Shown: positions 1 to 8,068 of the stretch, one piece after another
How the letters are laid out: each line of letters starts with the position of its first letter
How positions within the stretch are numbered: the stretch's first letter is position 1
DNA from: Akkermansia sp.
Lineage (GTDB): Bacteria > Verrucomicrobiota > Verrucomicrobiia > Verrucomicrobiales > Akkermansiaceae
Assembly: GCA_045652085.1 (NCBI GenBank)
Contig: JAZRTR010000043.1
Span: 3,613-67,612 of the forward strand
Direction: 5' to 3'
DNA length: 64,000 bases
The notes under the pieces: model-generated
What the model was told of the DNA's origin: nothing
Databases searched by the model: none
The model's input: the letters and a program-made list of their open reading frames with translations, nothing else
Translations under genes and position numbers: made by a program

Positions 1-1
1 G

Positions 2-1297
2 CTTTGCTTCATGCTGGCCGGCCTGCATATGCTGCTTTCCGCCATCAGGAGTCATGAGGCAGGAGAACCGTACTGGACGCTTTTCTATGTGACGCTCACC
101 TTCGTCTGCATGGGCTTGATGGTGCTGACGTCATGGATGGGGCTTTGGGTGGTAGCTGGTCTTCTGCTTTACATCTGCATGAAGTTCCGCCCCATGGGGG
201 CATATGCAGTTGTAGCCGGTGTTATCCTGCTGCTTCTCCTTTCTTATTCAGCTGTTCAGAATTATCTGTACACCGGAAGTATTTTTGGTAACGCTTTGCT
301 GGGCCTTTATAACAGCTTTGGTGGTGGTGAGGAGTTCGCCATGCGTGCCGCTAACCTGAATAATATGCCGCTGCAGAGCCAGAGCTTTGTGCTGAGATTT
401 ATCGGGCACACCTTCGCTCAGCTCCGCGGACTTTATGTGAATATGGGGTCCATTCTGGTGGTGCCATTCTTCTTCCTTGCTATATTCCATCGCTTCAGGC
501 GCAATGATGTGCAGGATATGAAGTGGGCAGTATTCAGCATGTGGGCAGTTTCCTGCGTGGGTATGGCTCTTTTTGGTATTGATACCCCGGAGAATCCCTC
601 TCAGCTCGCATTCCTTTATGCTCCTCTTTTTGTGGCCTTTGGCGTATCTCTTCTCTTTAACTTCTTGTCCAGAATTAATCTTGAAGGTACCACATTTAAT
701 CAGTTGCGCGGACTTACCCTGTTCCTGATGCTTGTGGTGTCTGCCGGCCCCTTCATTACGACTCTGCCTGAAAATATTTACAGGGGTATTTGGATTGGTG
801 AGCGCGGCCGTCCGCATTTCCCTCCCTATTATCCGCCTGCAATTAATGGGCCTTTGGTTGACATCACATCACCGAATCATGTTATCGTGACGGACCAACC
901 CTGGGCTGTGGCATGGTATGCTGATAGAAGAGCACTGTGGATACCCACATCCGTGGATGATTTGGTTACCTTTGTAGAACCTGCCCTGAAAGCGAGCGGT
1001 GTAGAGCTGCAAGGCTTTCTCATCACGCCTTCGTCCCATACCATGGTGGAGAATGGTATGTCCGGTATTATTGCTCATATGGGTGATTTTGCGCCGCTCG
1101 CTATGGAGGGTAAGATTTTGCAGCTAGTTCCGCGCCATAATTTTGCCTTAGCTGATTGCTTTGTGGAGAGCGTCAACGCAAATGCTCGAACGATGACGCT
1201 TGGGCAGCTGGTTTCTTCGCAAGGCCGTTTCTCTAACCGAATTCCTCTGTTGGGTGCAGAGATGATTTACTACACCAAAGCTGAGGCTCGTAACTGA
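2..1297 (+). CDS. polytopic membrane protein, 5' end cut by window edge (multi-TM N-part plus soluble C-terminal domain)
   Basis: Frame is open from base 2, with no stop before the first Met at 11. Many hydrophobic helices (e.g. LFYVTLTFVCMGLMVLTSWMGLWVVAGLLLYI), then a PPYYPP...DQPWAVAWYADRRALWIP soluble tail. Only loose resemblance to ArnT/PMT-like membrane glycosyltransferases. Confidence 0.55.
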   Translation, partial: LCFMLAGLHMLLSAIRSHEAGEPYWTLFYVTLTFVCMGLMVLTSWMGLWVVAGLLLYICMKFRPMGAYAVVAGVILLLLLSYSAVQNYLYTGSIFGNALLGLYNSFGGGEEFAMRAANLNNMPLQSQSFVLRFIGHTFAQLRGLYVNMGSILVVPFFFLAIFHRFRRNDVQDMKWAVFSMWAVSCVGMALFGIDTPENPSQLAFLYAPLFVAFGVSLLFNFLSRINLEGTTFNQLRGLTLFLMLVVSAGPFITTLPENIYRGIWIGERGRPHFPPYYPPAINGPLVDITSPNHVIVTDQPWAVAWYADRRALWIPTSVDDLVTFVEPALKASGVELQGFLITPSSHTMVENGMSGIIAHMGDFAPLAMEGKILQLVPRHNFALADCFVESVNANARTMTLGQLVSSQGRFSNRIPLLGAEMIYYTKAEARN

Positions 1298-1313
1298 TTT
1301 TCACGTTTTACCT

Positions 1314-1580
1314 ATGTCTGCTGGAGGCAAAAAAGAAAAAGCGCTCAATTTTGAGCAGTCCATGGAGCGTCTGGAGGCGATAGCCGCCAGACTTGAAAAC
1401 CCTGAGACGGGGCTAGAGGAGACGATAGCACTCGTTGAAGAAGGCCGCCGCTTAGTGGTAAATTGCCGTACATTACTGGAAAAAGCAGAGTTGCGCATAA
1501 AGACTCTGGATAATCCTGCATCAGCTCCCGCTGCTGCCACACCCCCGAAAGATGAAGAAGATGGATTCAGCCTCGTTTGA
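1314..1580 (+). CDS. xseB: exodeoxyribonuclease VII small subunit
   Basis: 88 aa. FEQSMERLEAIAARLENPETGLEETIALVEEGRRLVVNCRTLLEKAELRI is the typical XseB helical hairpin. Sits directly upstream of and overlapping dxs, the classical xseB-(ispA)-dxs arrangement, here without ispA. Confidence 0.85.
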   Translation: MSAGGKKEKALNFEQSMERLEAIAARLENPETGLEETIALVEEGRRLVVNCRTLLEKAELRIKTLDNPASAPAAATPPKDEEDGFSLV

Positions 1581-3447
1581 GTTACCACCTCTGCTTTCCG
1601 GTATCCATTCGCCGGAAGATGTGAAAAATCTCAGTGCGGAACAGCTCCCGGAGCTGGCCGCTGAGATTCGCGATGTGCTGGTGAATACCCTTTCGGTTAC
1701 CGGTGGACATTTGGCCCCGAATCTTGGAGTGGTGGAGCTGTGCATTGCGTTGCACCGAGTGTTCTCCACCCCCCGTGATAAGATTCTCTTTGACGTATCT
1801 CATCAGTGCTATGTGCACAAGATGCTTACCGGCCGTTGTGGCGAGCTGAATACCATTCGCCAGTTTGGTGGTATTTCCGGATTTTGCAAGAGAAGTGAGT
1901 CCGAGCATGATGCCTACGGTGCCGGCCATGCCGGAACGGCCCTTTCCGCCGGTGTGGGTATGGCTGCTGCCCGTGATTTGGCGGGAGATGATTTTAATGT
2001 TATCTCCGTTGTGGGAGATGGTGCTTTTACTTGTGGTACCACGCTGGAGGGCCTTAACAGCATTTCTACCAATACGAAGAAGTTCATTCTCATTCTGAAC
2101 GATAATGAATGGAGTATTGATAAGAACGTGGGCGCGCTTTCACGTTACTTCTCCTCACTTCAGGAGACGGATACATACACTTGGCTGAGAGACAGGGCCA
2201 AGGGGTTCATTGAGCGCTTGGGAGGGAAAGAGATAAAGGACCAGGCCTCAAAGATTTTTAACACAGCACGCGGCCTCATTACTCCGCTGAGCTTCTTTGG
2301 CCAGCTGGGACTTACTTACTATGGCCCGATTGATGGTCATGATATCGCAAGGTTGGAGCGTGTGCTGCGTATAGCGTCCCGCAGGGATGAGCATATCATC
2401 CTGCACGTTATCACTAAGAAGGGGATGGGGTATGAGCCTGCCGCTCAGAATCCCACGAAATTCCACGGAGTAGGGCAGTATGATGTGCAGGACGGTAGCA
2501 CTGCAAAGGCACCGGTTATCACCTATTCTGAGGCCTTCGGCCGCTGCGTGAGCCGCTTGGCTGAGAATGATTCCTCTATTACGGCCATCACGGCGGCCAT
2601 GCCGAGCGGTACTCGCTTGGATATCTTCCGGGAGAAGTTCCCTGAGCGATTCTTTGATGTGGGTATTGCAGAGGAGCACGCGTCCATCTTTGCCTGTGGT
2701 ATGGCGACGCAGGGGCTTAAGCCGTATCTGGCTATTTATTCCACATTCATGCAGCGCTGTGTGGACATGATTCAGCATGATGCCGCGTTGCAGAACTTGC
2801 CGGTGCGCTTCTGTATGGATCGCGCTGGGCTTTCACCTGATGATGGGCCCACCCATCATGGCCTTTTTGACATCAGCATGATGCGCTGCATCCCGAATGT
2901 TGTTATGATGCAACCTCGTGATGAAGCTGAGCTGTGCCATATGCTTGCCACCATGCAGCAGATTAATGACTGTCCGAGCATTATACGCTATCCGCGTGGT
3001 GCGGGCGAGGGGGTTACCATGCCGGATGAACCGCAGCCGCTCCCCATCGGTAAAGCTGAGGTTATTGCACCGGAGGGTGAAGTGGCTCTGTTGGCGCTGG
3101 GCAATATGAACCGCATGGCGGTGGCTGTGCGGGAGCTGATGGAAAAGAAGGGCGTGTCTTGTGCTCATATTAACGCCCGCTTTATTAAACCTCTGGATGA
3201 AGAGTGCCTGAGGCGTTTTGCTGGGCAGTGTCGCTTGATTGTGACCTTGGAAGACCATGTGGTTACCGGCGGCTTTGGAAGTGCCGTTCAGGAAGCGTTG
3301 AATGCGGCCGGGGCTGACACTCCTGTGCTGCGAATCGGCTGGGGGGATGTATTTGTGGAGCATGGTAGCTTGGAACAGCTGCGCGAGAAGCACGGCCTGA
3401 CTCCCGGAGCTATTGCAGAGAAAATTTCAACATATCTTAATATATGA
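1552..3447 (+). CDS. dxs: 1-deoxy-D-xylulose-5-phosphate synthase
   Basis: 631 aa. N-terminal LLSGIHSPEDVKNLSAEQLPELAAEIR, HLAPNLGVVEL, HQCYVHKMLTGR, TPP-binding GDGAFTCGTTLEGLN, IAEEHA and a transketolase-like C-terminus. Start could be Met1 or Met4 (1561). Confidence 0.95.
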   Translation: MKKMDSASFELPPLLSGIHSPEDVKNLSAEQLPELAAEIRDVLVNTLSVTGGHLAPNLGVVELCIALHRVFSTPRDKILFDVSHQCYVHKMLTGRCGELNTIRQFGGISGFCKRSESEHDAYGAGHAGTALSAGVGMAAARDLAGDDFNVISVVGDGAFTCGTTLEGLNSISTNTKKFILILNDNEWSIDKNVGALSRYFSSLQETDTYTWLRDRAKGFIERLGGKEIKDQASKIFNTARGLITPLSFFGQLGLTYYGPIDGHDIARLERVLRIASRRDEHIILHVITKKGMGYEPAAQNPTKFHGVGQYDVQDGSTAKAPVITYSEAFGRCVSRLAENDSSITAITAAMPSGTRLDIFREKFPERFFDVGIAEEHASIFACGMATQGLKPYLAIYSTFMQRCVDMIQHDAALQNLPVRFCMDRAGLSPDDGPTHHGLFDISMMRCIPNVVMMQPRDEAELCHMLATMQQINDCPSIIRYPRGAGEGVTMPDEPQPLPIGKAEVIAPEGEVALLALGNMNRMAVAVRELMEKKGVSCAHINARFIKPLDEECLRRFAGQCRLIVTLEDHVVTGGFGSAVQEALNAAGADTPVLRIGWGDVFVEHGSLEQLREKHGLTPGAIAEKISTYLNI

Positions 3448-4235
3448 TAAAAAAAGCACATCAATCATATTTGAGGGCTGCGAGTTTCGGCATTTTTATG
3501 TTGGGGCTTACCGCTCAGGCTGATTTACCTACGGGTGGCTTGCCGACAGCTCCTGCTCGGCAGGAAACTGAGCAAACAGATGTAACTATTCCTGAATGGG
3601 TGCGAGAACTTTCCAACCTGCCGACTGAGAGCAGAAGTGCATATACTGAAGCCTTTAGGGCTGCTAAGAACGCTTATGCTGCCGGCCGCATGGTTGAGTG
3701 CGAAGCTCACCTGAATACTTGCGAGATGTACACCACATCAAACCCCAATGTGTGGAATCTTCGCGCGAGTGCGCTGATTTCTCAGGCACGTTATGAGGAG
3801 GCACAGCAGCAGCTGGATAGAGTGTTTGCTCAGGATTCTCAGGATTCTGTTGCACGTCTTTCTCTCTCCCTTCTTCAGCTGGGGATGCACCGTTATGAAG
3901 AATGTCTGGCCACGACCGATGAGCTGCTAGAGATGATTCGTTACAAGGAAATGGAACAGCTCTCGTACAGCCTTACATTTCGCAAGCTGCTCTGCCTTGT
4001 TATGCTGAATCGAGTGGATGAAGCCCGTGCACTTGTGGCGGATTTTTCTCCCATGCTGGACGCTCCGCTGTACTATTACAGCCAAGCTGTTTTCATGTAT
4101 CTGGAAGGGGATCGCAAGGCTGCTCTTCGTGAGTTGTCCGCAGCCGACAGTATTTTCCGCGGTACCGGCTATCTGAGCGGTTACAGACAGGCTCTCAACA
4201 TTTCCGGTATAACGGAACGTAACGCACAGGAGTAA
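3444..4235 (+). CDS. secreted TPR-like repeat protein (hypothetical)
   Basis: ATGA start/stop overlap with dxs. N-terminal signal-like segment AASFGIFMLGLTAQA. Helical repeat-like body with A/Y/L spacing reminiscent of TPR. Confidence 0.55.
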   Translation: MIKKAHQSYLRAASFGIFMLGLTAQADLPTGGLPTAPARQETEQTDVTIPEWVRELSNLPTESRSAYTEAFRAAKNAYAAGRMVECEAHLNTCEMYTTSNPNVWNLRASALISQARYEEAQQQLDRVFAQDSQDSVARLSLSLLQLGMHRYEECLATTDELLEMIRYKEMEQLSYSLTFRKLLCLVMLNRVDEARALVADFSPMLDAPLYYYSQAVFMYLEGDRKAALRELSAADSIFRGTGYLSGYRQALNISGITERNAQE

Positions 4236-4243
4236 CTCCCGGC

Positions 4244-4777
4244 ATGAAGCTGCGCGATGAGGGGTGCATACTCAAGCTTAGCCCGCTCGGAGATTACGGG
4301 TTGATTGTGACTTGGTGCACCCGTGGTGCGGGAGTGGTGCGTACCGCTGCCCGAAATGCGCGCAAGCCCGGAAGCGATTTTACAGGGCGGCTCGACCTCT
4401 TTCATGAGTGCGAGCTGCTTTTTTCTGAGCCGGCGCGTGGTGATTTAGCTACGCTTCATAGTGTGGAGCTCCTGAACCCGCGCCTGCCTCTGCGGCGGAG
4501 CCTGCTGCATTTGCGGCTTTGCGGCTATATGGCTAATTTACTTCTGGCCACAGTAGAACCATACACTCCAGGCGAGGAGTGGCATAAGCTCATGGCCGGA
4601 GCTTTGGACTACGTGGCGGAGGCCCACTTGCGCCCGGCATTACTTACGCATTTTGAGAAACGCCTTGCTACGCTGCACGGCATATATACGGCTGCGCTGC
4701 CAGCCCATGTAAGCCTTCAGCAGCATTTTCAGCATTTGCCCGCAGGGAGGGCGGAGCTGCTGGCCGCCCTCGCATAA
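4244..4777 (+). CDS. recO: DNA repair protein RecO (short form)
   Basis: N-terminal OB-fold pattern DEGCILKLSPLGDYGLIVTWCTRGAGVVRTAARNARKPGSDF...LFHECELLF and helical C-part match the RecO pattern. 177 aa is shorter than typical RecO. Confidence 0.65.
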   Translation: MKLRDEGCILKLSPLGDYGLIVTWCTRGAGVVRTAARNARKPGSDFTGRLDLFHECELLFSEPARGDLATLHSVELLNPRLPLRRSLLHLRLCGYMANLLLATVEPYTPGEEWHKLMAGALDYVAEAHLRPALLTHFEKRLATLHGIYTAALPAHVSLQQHFQHLPAGRAELLAALA

Positions 4778-4786
4778 AAGAGGAAT

Positions 4787-4823
4787 GAAAAAAAGCCTGC
4801 CGCGCCAGAAGGCACGACAGGCT
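4787..4823 (-). terminator. Rho-independent terminator of the porin gene
   Basis: On the minus strand, AGCCTGTCGTGCC-TTCT-GGCGCGGCAGGCT hairpin (two G-U pairs) followed by TTTTTTT, about 25 nt after the porin stop. Confidence 0.6.
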
Positions 4824-4846
4824 GTGAAAGGGAAGGTGCGGGGGGA

Positions 4847-6127
4847 TTAGAAGTTCACACGTACAGCCGTGGAGAATTCCCAGCCGTTGTAGCAGTCCGC
4901 GCCGCCTCTGCGGGCGGTGGTGTACTCCGCGCCGAACATCAGCTTGGCTGCATGGCGGTTGTACGGAGATGCATAGAGATCCACGCCCATGTAGAAGGTG
5001 TGGATGCTGTCCACCCAGCTGTTGGCATTTGTCTGCGTGCAGATGTAGCGGTCACCACCCAGCTTGCAGGCGCCATCACCGGTCATGCCCACATAGCGGA
5101 ACACGAGGTCCACCTGAGGAGTCAGGGCATATACCGGCTGAAGCTGCAGGCCGACGTTGTTTGTGCCGTTGCCGTTCTGCTGTTCAAAGGCTGCCACCAA
5201 GTTTGCCGTAAAGGTGAGGCGGTCAAACCTGTATTCGTAGCCCAGAGAGATGGCATCCATGAACCCGGGACCGTAGTTATTGGCACCCGGCCTCTTGCCG
5301 TGGTAGGCATCATTGAAGTCATGCATGTATTCCAGGGAGAGGGCGTGGTAGCCATGCTCTGTTACATTGAACCTGTGTGTACCACCGATGATGAGGAAGC
5401 ACTCGTCTTCCCAACCGAACTCGCCTTTCAGGCCGCGGCCATCGCGGTAGCAGTCTCTGTGGGAGTTGCTCTTGCTGGCGCTGGCTCGGTCATTGGCGAA
5501 AAGCTGTACAAAGAGCACATCATTGCGGGTGGGCTTGTATTCTAACTCAATACCCCAGTTCGTATCCAGACCGAACTGGTTGCAGATGAGAGAACGCTCA
5601 ATGGCCTCAATTTCAGCGTTAGATTCACGAAGATCCAGCGTAAACTTATGGGCAAACTTACCGACGCGCAGCGTCAGACCGTCCACCGCGGGAATTTCCT
5701 GACGGATATAAATATCATACAGGTCCGTGTAGGAGAAGTTGCGCCTAGTGCGGCCGCCGGCATATGTTTCACGGACGGGAAGACCGCCGATGCGAGCATA
5801 TGCATGGAAGCGGGTGCCGGTGCGGGTATCCACATTCACGCCAAGCCAGTTGCGGCGGAACTCGCAGTTATACGGGCTGGCGCCGTCTTTCAGGTGAAGG
5901 CCATTGCTGCCATTGGGCTGCACGACAGCCATTTGCCACTGCTGACGGAAGGCGAAGCTCACCCTCTGAACGAAGGTGTCCGGGTTATCATACACCACGA
6001 GGGCGCGGCGGACGGCATCCGTCCAGTCTCTGTCAACGGGGGCAGCTTGCACAGCAGTGGCTGCCGGAGTACCAGCTAATGCAGGCATGGCCGCAAGTGC
6101 GGCCATGGTGATAGTGAGAGCTTTCAT
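4847..6127 (-). CDS. outer-membrane beta-barrel porin (OprO/OprP-like)
   Basis: Signal peptide MKALTITMAALAAMPALAG from the internal Met at 6127 (the track ORF extends to 6175). Alternating beta-strand pattern, aromatic girdles and a C-terminal ...STAVRVNF ending in Phe. General resemblance to phosphate-selective porin O/P family. Confidence 0.7.
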   Translation of the reverse strand: MKALTITMAALAAMPALAGTPAATAVQAAPVDRDWTDAVRRALVVYDNPDTFVQRVSFAFRQQWQMAVVQPNGSNGLHLKDGASPYNCEFRRNWLGVNVDTRTGTRFHAYARIGGLPVRETYAGGRTRRNFSYTDLYDIYIRQEIPAVDGLTLRVGKFAHKFTLDLRESNAEIEAIERSLICNQFGLDTNWGIELEYKPTRNDVLFVQLFANDRASASKSNSHRDCYRDGRGLKGEFGWEDECFLIIGGTHRFNVTEHGYHALSLEYMHDFNDAYHGKRPGANNYGPGFMDAISLGYEYRFDRLTFTANLVAAFEQQNGNGTNNVGLQLQPVYALTPQVDLVFRYVGMTGDGACKLGGDRYICTQTNANSWVDSIHTFYMGVDLYASPYNRHAAKLMFGAEYTTARRGGADCYNGWEFSTAVRVNF

Positions 6128-6134
6128 TATATGT

Positions 6135-6608
6135 TTAGCGGAGTTTTTCAAACAGGGTGGCCTGATCAAGTACACTCATGTACTCGGTGTGGTCTATTCC
6201 CATGTCAATGATGTAGAGAGTGAGCAGCTTCTTCACCACGTTAAGAAGCTTCTCCTGCTGCCAGGGCTTTTCAATGTAGTTATCGATGTGGCCGTCATTG
6301 ATGGCGTTAATCGTGTCCGCATGAGTAGCCTGACCGGTGAGAAGTACCTTGCGAGTTTTGGTGAAGCGGCGGTCGGAAGCTACCTTGGCCAGCAGCTCGG
6401 TGCCGTTAGCGCCCGGCATGACCTGATCAGAGATGACGAGGCCCACGAAGTCGCCGTCATCGTCAATCTGCTCCATCAGGCTCAGGCAGTCCTCCACGCC
6501 GGAGGCCTCCTCCAGCCGGATGAGCGGGGTGAGAGGGCGGAGGTCTCTCATGACAGAATCCAGCACTTCCTGCTGGTCATCTACGCAAATAATGTTAATC
6601 GTTTCCAT
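6135..6608 (-). CDS. stand-alone response regulator (REC domain plus short C-terminal helix, no output domain)
   Basis: METINIICVDDQQEVL..., phospho-acceptor context LVISDQVMPGANGTELL, KVLLTGQA, and IEKPW near the end. Start chosen at Met25 of the track ORF, whose N-extension overlaps the kinase gene. Confidence 0.85.
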   Translation of the reverse strand: METINIICVDDQQEVLDSVMRDLRPLTPLIRLEEASGVEDCLSLMEQIDDDGDFVGLVISDQVMPGANGTELLAKVASDRRFTKTRKVLLTGQATHADTINAINDGHIDNYIEKPWQQEKLLNVVKKLLTLYIIDMGIDHTEYMSVLDQATLFEKLR

Positions 6609-8037
6609 GAAGTTGAGTGGTTGGAAGGTTAATAGAGAAGGTTGTTTCTGTTTCGTTACTGATGAGCTCGATGGTGCCATTGTAACTGTCTACCAGACGG
6701 CGGACAATGGAAAGGCCCAAGCCGAGCCCGAAATCCAGCCCGAGTTTCTTTGTGGTGAAGTTCGGGTTGAAAATTTTCTCGTGAATCTCCTCCGGAATGG
6801 CCGGGCCATTGTTGGAGATAGACACGCGCACGTATTCCGTGGGCAGCAAATTGTGGCCTTCCGCGTGGAAGGATTCCGTGCGGATGCGCACGGTGGGATT
6901 AGGCGTCTGAGCCTGCTGCATGGCATCATACGCATTATTGATGATATTTGTCCATATCTGAACCAGCTCCGTGAGGTCTGCCGTGAGCAGGGGGCAGGCA
7001 TCCAGCTGTGTTTCCACTTGGATGTGCTTGAGCTTGTTGGTGAGCAGGTTCATGGCGTCATTTACGCTTTCGCGTACGTCCACGGCCTCTTGGCGGGTAG
7101 AGTTGCCTCCGCCCAGCAGTTTGACGGCGCGGACGATACCGGTGGCGTGCTTGGCCGCTACCTGAAGATCTCTCATATCATGCCCGAGCTCCCAGAAGCT
7201 GTAGTTGTTGCGCACGTGTTTTACGAACTCCGGGCCGAACTTCACGAGAGTTTCGGTATCCGGAATAATGTGTGCGAGCACCTTGGCGGCGGGCTGGGGC
7301 ATGTTCAGCTCTCTTTCCCACTTGCGGGCAATGGCACGCAGTGAGCTGGCGGCAGAGTATGATGTATCATCATAGCCGTAACGGAAGAGCTGAGAATTGT
7401 ATTTGTTATCCTCTGCAAGGAATTTCTCCAGATGTTCTGCCACGAACTCGGTGCGGCGGGTGATAACTCCCACGGCATTATTCAGCTCATGGGCGATACC
7501 TGCGGAAAGCTGGCCGAGAGTGGCTGCCATTTCAGCACGGTGCAGGAGGCGCTGGGCCTCCTCTTTAGCGGAGGCATGCACGAAGATGCGCATGTTTCGC
7601 GCAGCGAGCTCATGCACCAGCACGGGGATGAACTGGTGCTCGAAGCTGCCGTAGCGTTCCGGCTCCACGGCTTCCGTGGTGTCATCCACATAGGCCAAGC
7701 GGCAGTCCTCCAGCGCCACAATCTCATTAGAGCTGCGGAAGGCTCGGGAGAAAAATGCTTGTACGCATACGTATGAGCCGGGGCCGGCACGGAATACCTC
7801 GTGCTTACGTGTGGCTATTTCGACCGGCATCTCGGTGCCGGGGACGAACTCAGCCTGTCGGTAGGCTACGAGTTCACCCTCCAGCACGAGATATAAGCGC
7901 CGGCATTCCTCATCCTGCTGTACCACCATATCACCTTTGGCGAACTCCACGGTTCGGCCCGCGTCACTAAAGTAGACGCTGTTGAGCCTCTCCAGAGGTT
8001 CCAGAATGTGTTCAGGTAGTGGCAGCAGGATGCTCAT
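6595..8037 (-). CDS. soluble histidine kinase with N-terminal cyclic-nucleotide-binding-like domain
   Basis: H-box LSAGIAHELNNAVGVI, N-box IWTNIINNAYDAM, G-boxes ISNNGPAIP and GLDFGLGLGLSIVRR. First ~130 aa look like a CAP/cNMP beta-barrel (GDMVVQQDEECRRLYLVLEGELVAY) with a degenerate phosphate-binding cassette. No TM segment. Confidence 0.85.
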   Translation of the reverse strand: MSILLPLPEHILEPLERLNSVYFSDAGRTVEFAKGDMVVQQDEECRRLYLVLEGELVAYRQAEFVPGTEMPVEIATRKHEVFRAGPGSYVCVQAFFSRAFRSSNEIVALEDCRLAYVDDTTEAVEPERYGSFEHQFIPVLVHELAARNMRIFVHASAKEEAQRLLHRAEMAATLGQLSAGIAHELNNAVGVITRRTEFVAEHLEKFLAEDNKYNSQLFRYGYDDTSYSAASSLRAIARKWERELNMPQPAAKVLAHIIPDTETLVKFGPEFVKHVRNNYSFWELGHDMRDLQVAAKHATGIVRAVKLLGGGNSTRQEAVDVRESVNDAMNLLTNKLKHIQVETQLDACPLLTADLTELVQIWTNIINNAYDAMQQAQTPNPTVRIRTESFHAEGHNLLPTEYVRVSISNNGPAIPEEIHEKIFNPNFTTKKLGLDFGLGLGLSIVRRLVDSYNGTIELISNETETTFSINLPTTQLHGND

Positions 8038-8068
8038 GTGTGGAATGCGTGTTGTGTATGTGTCAGAG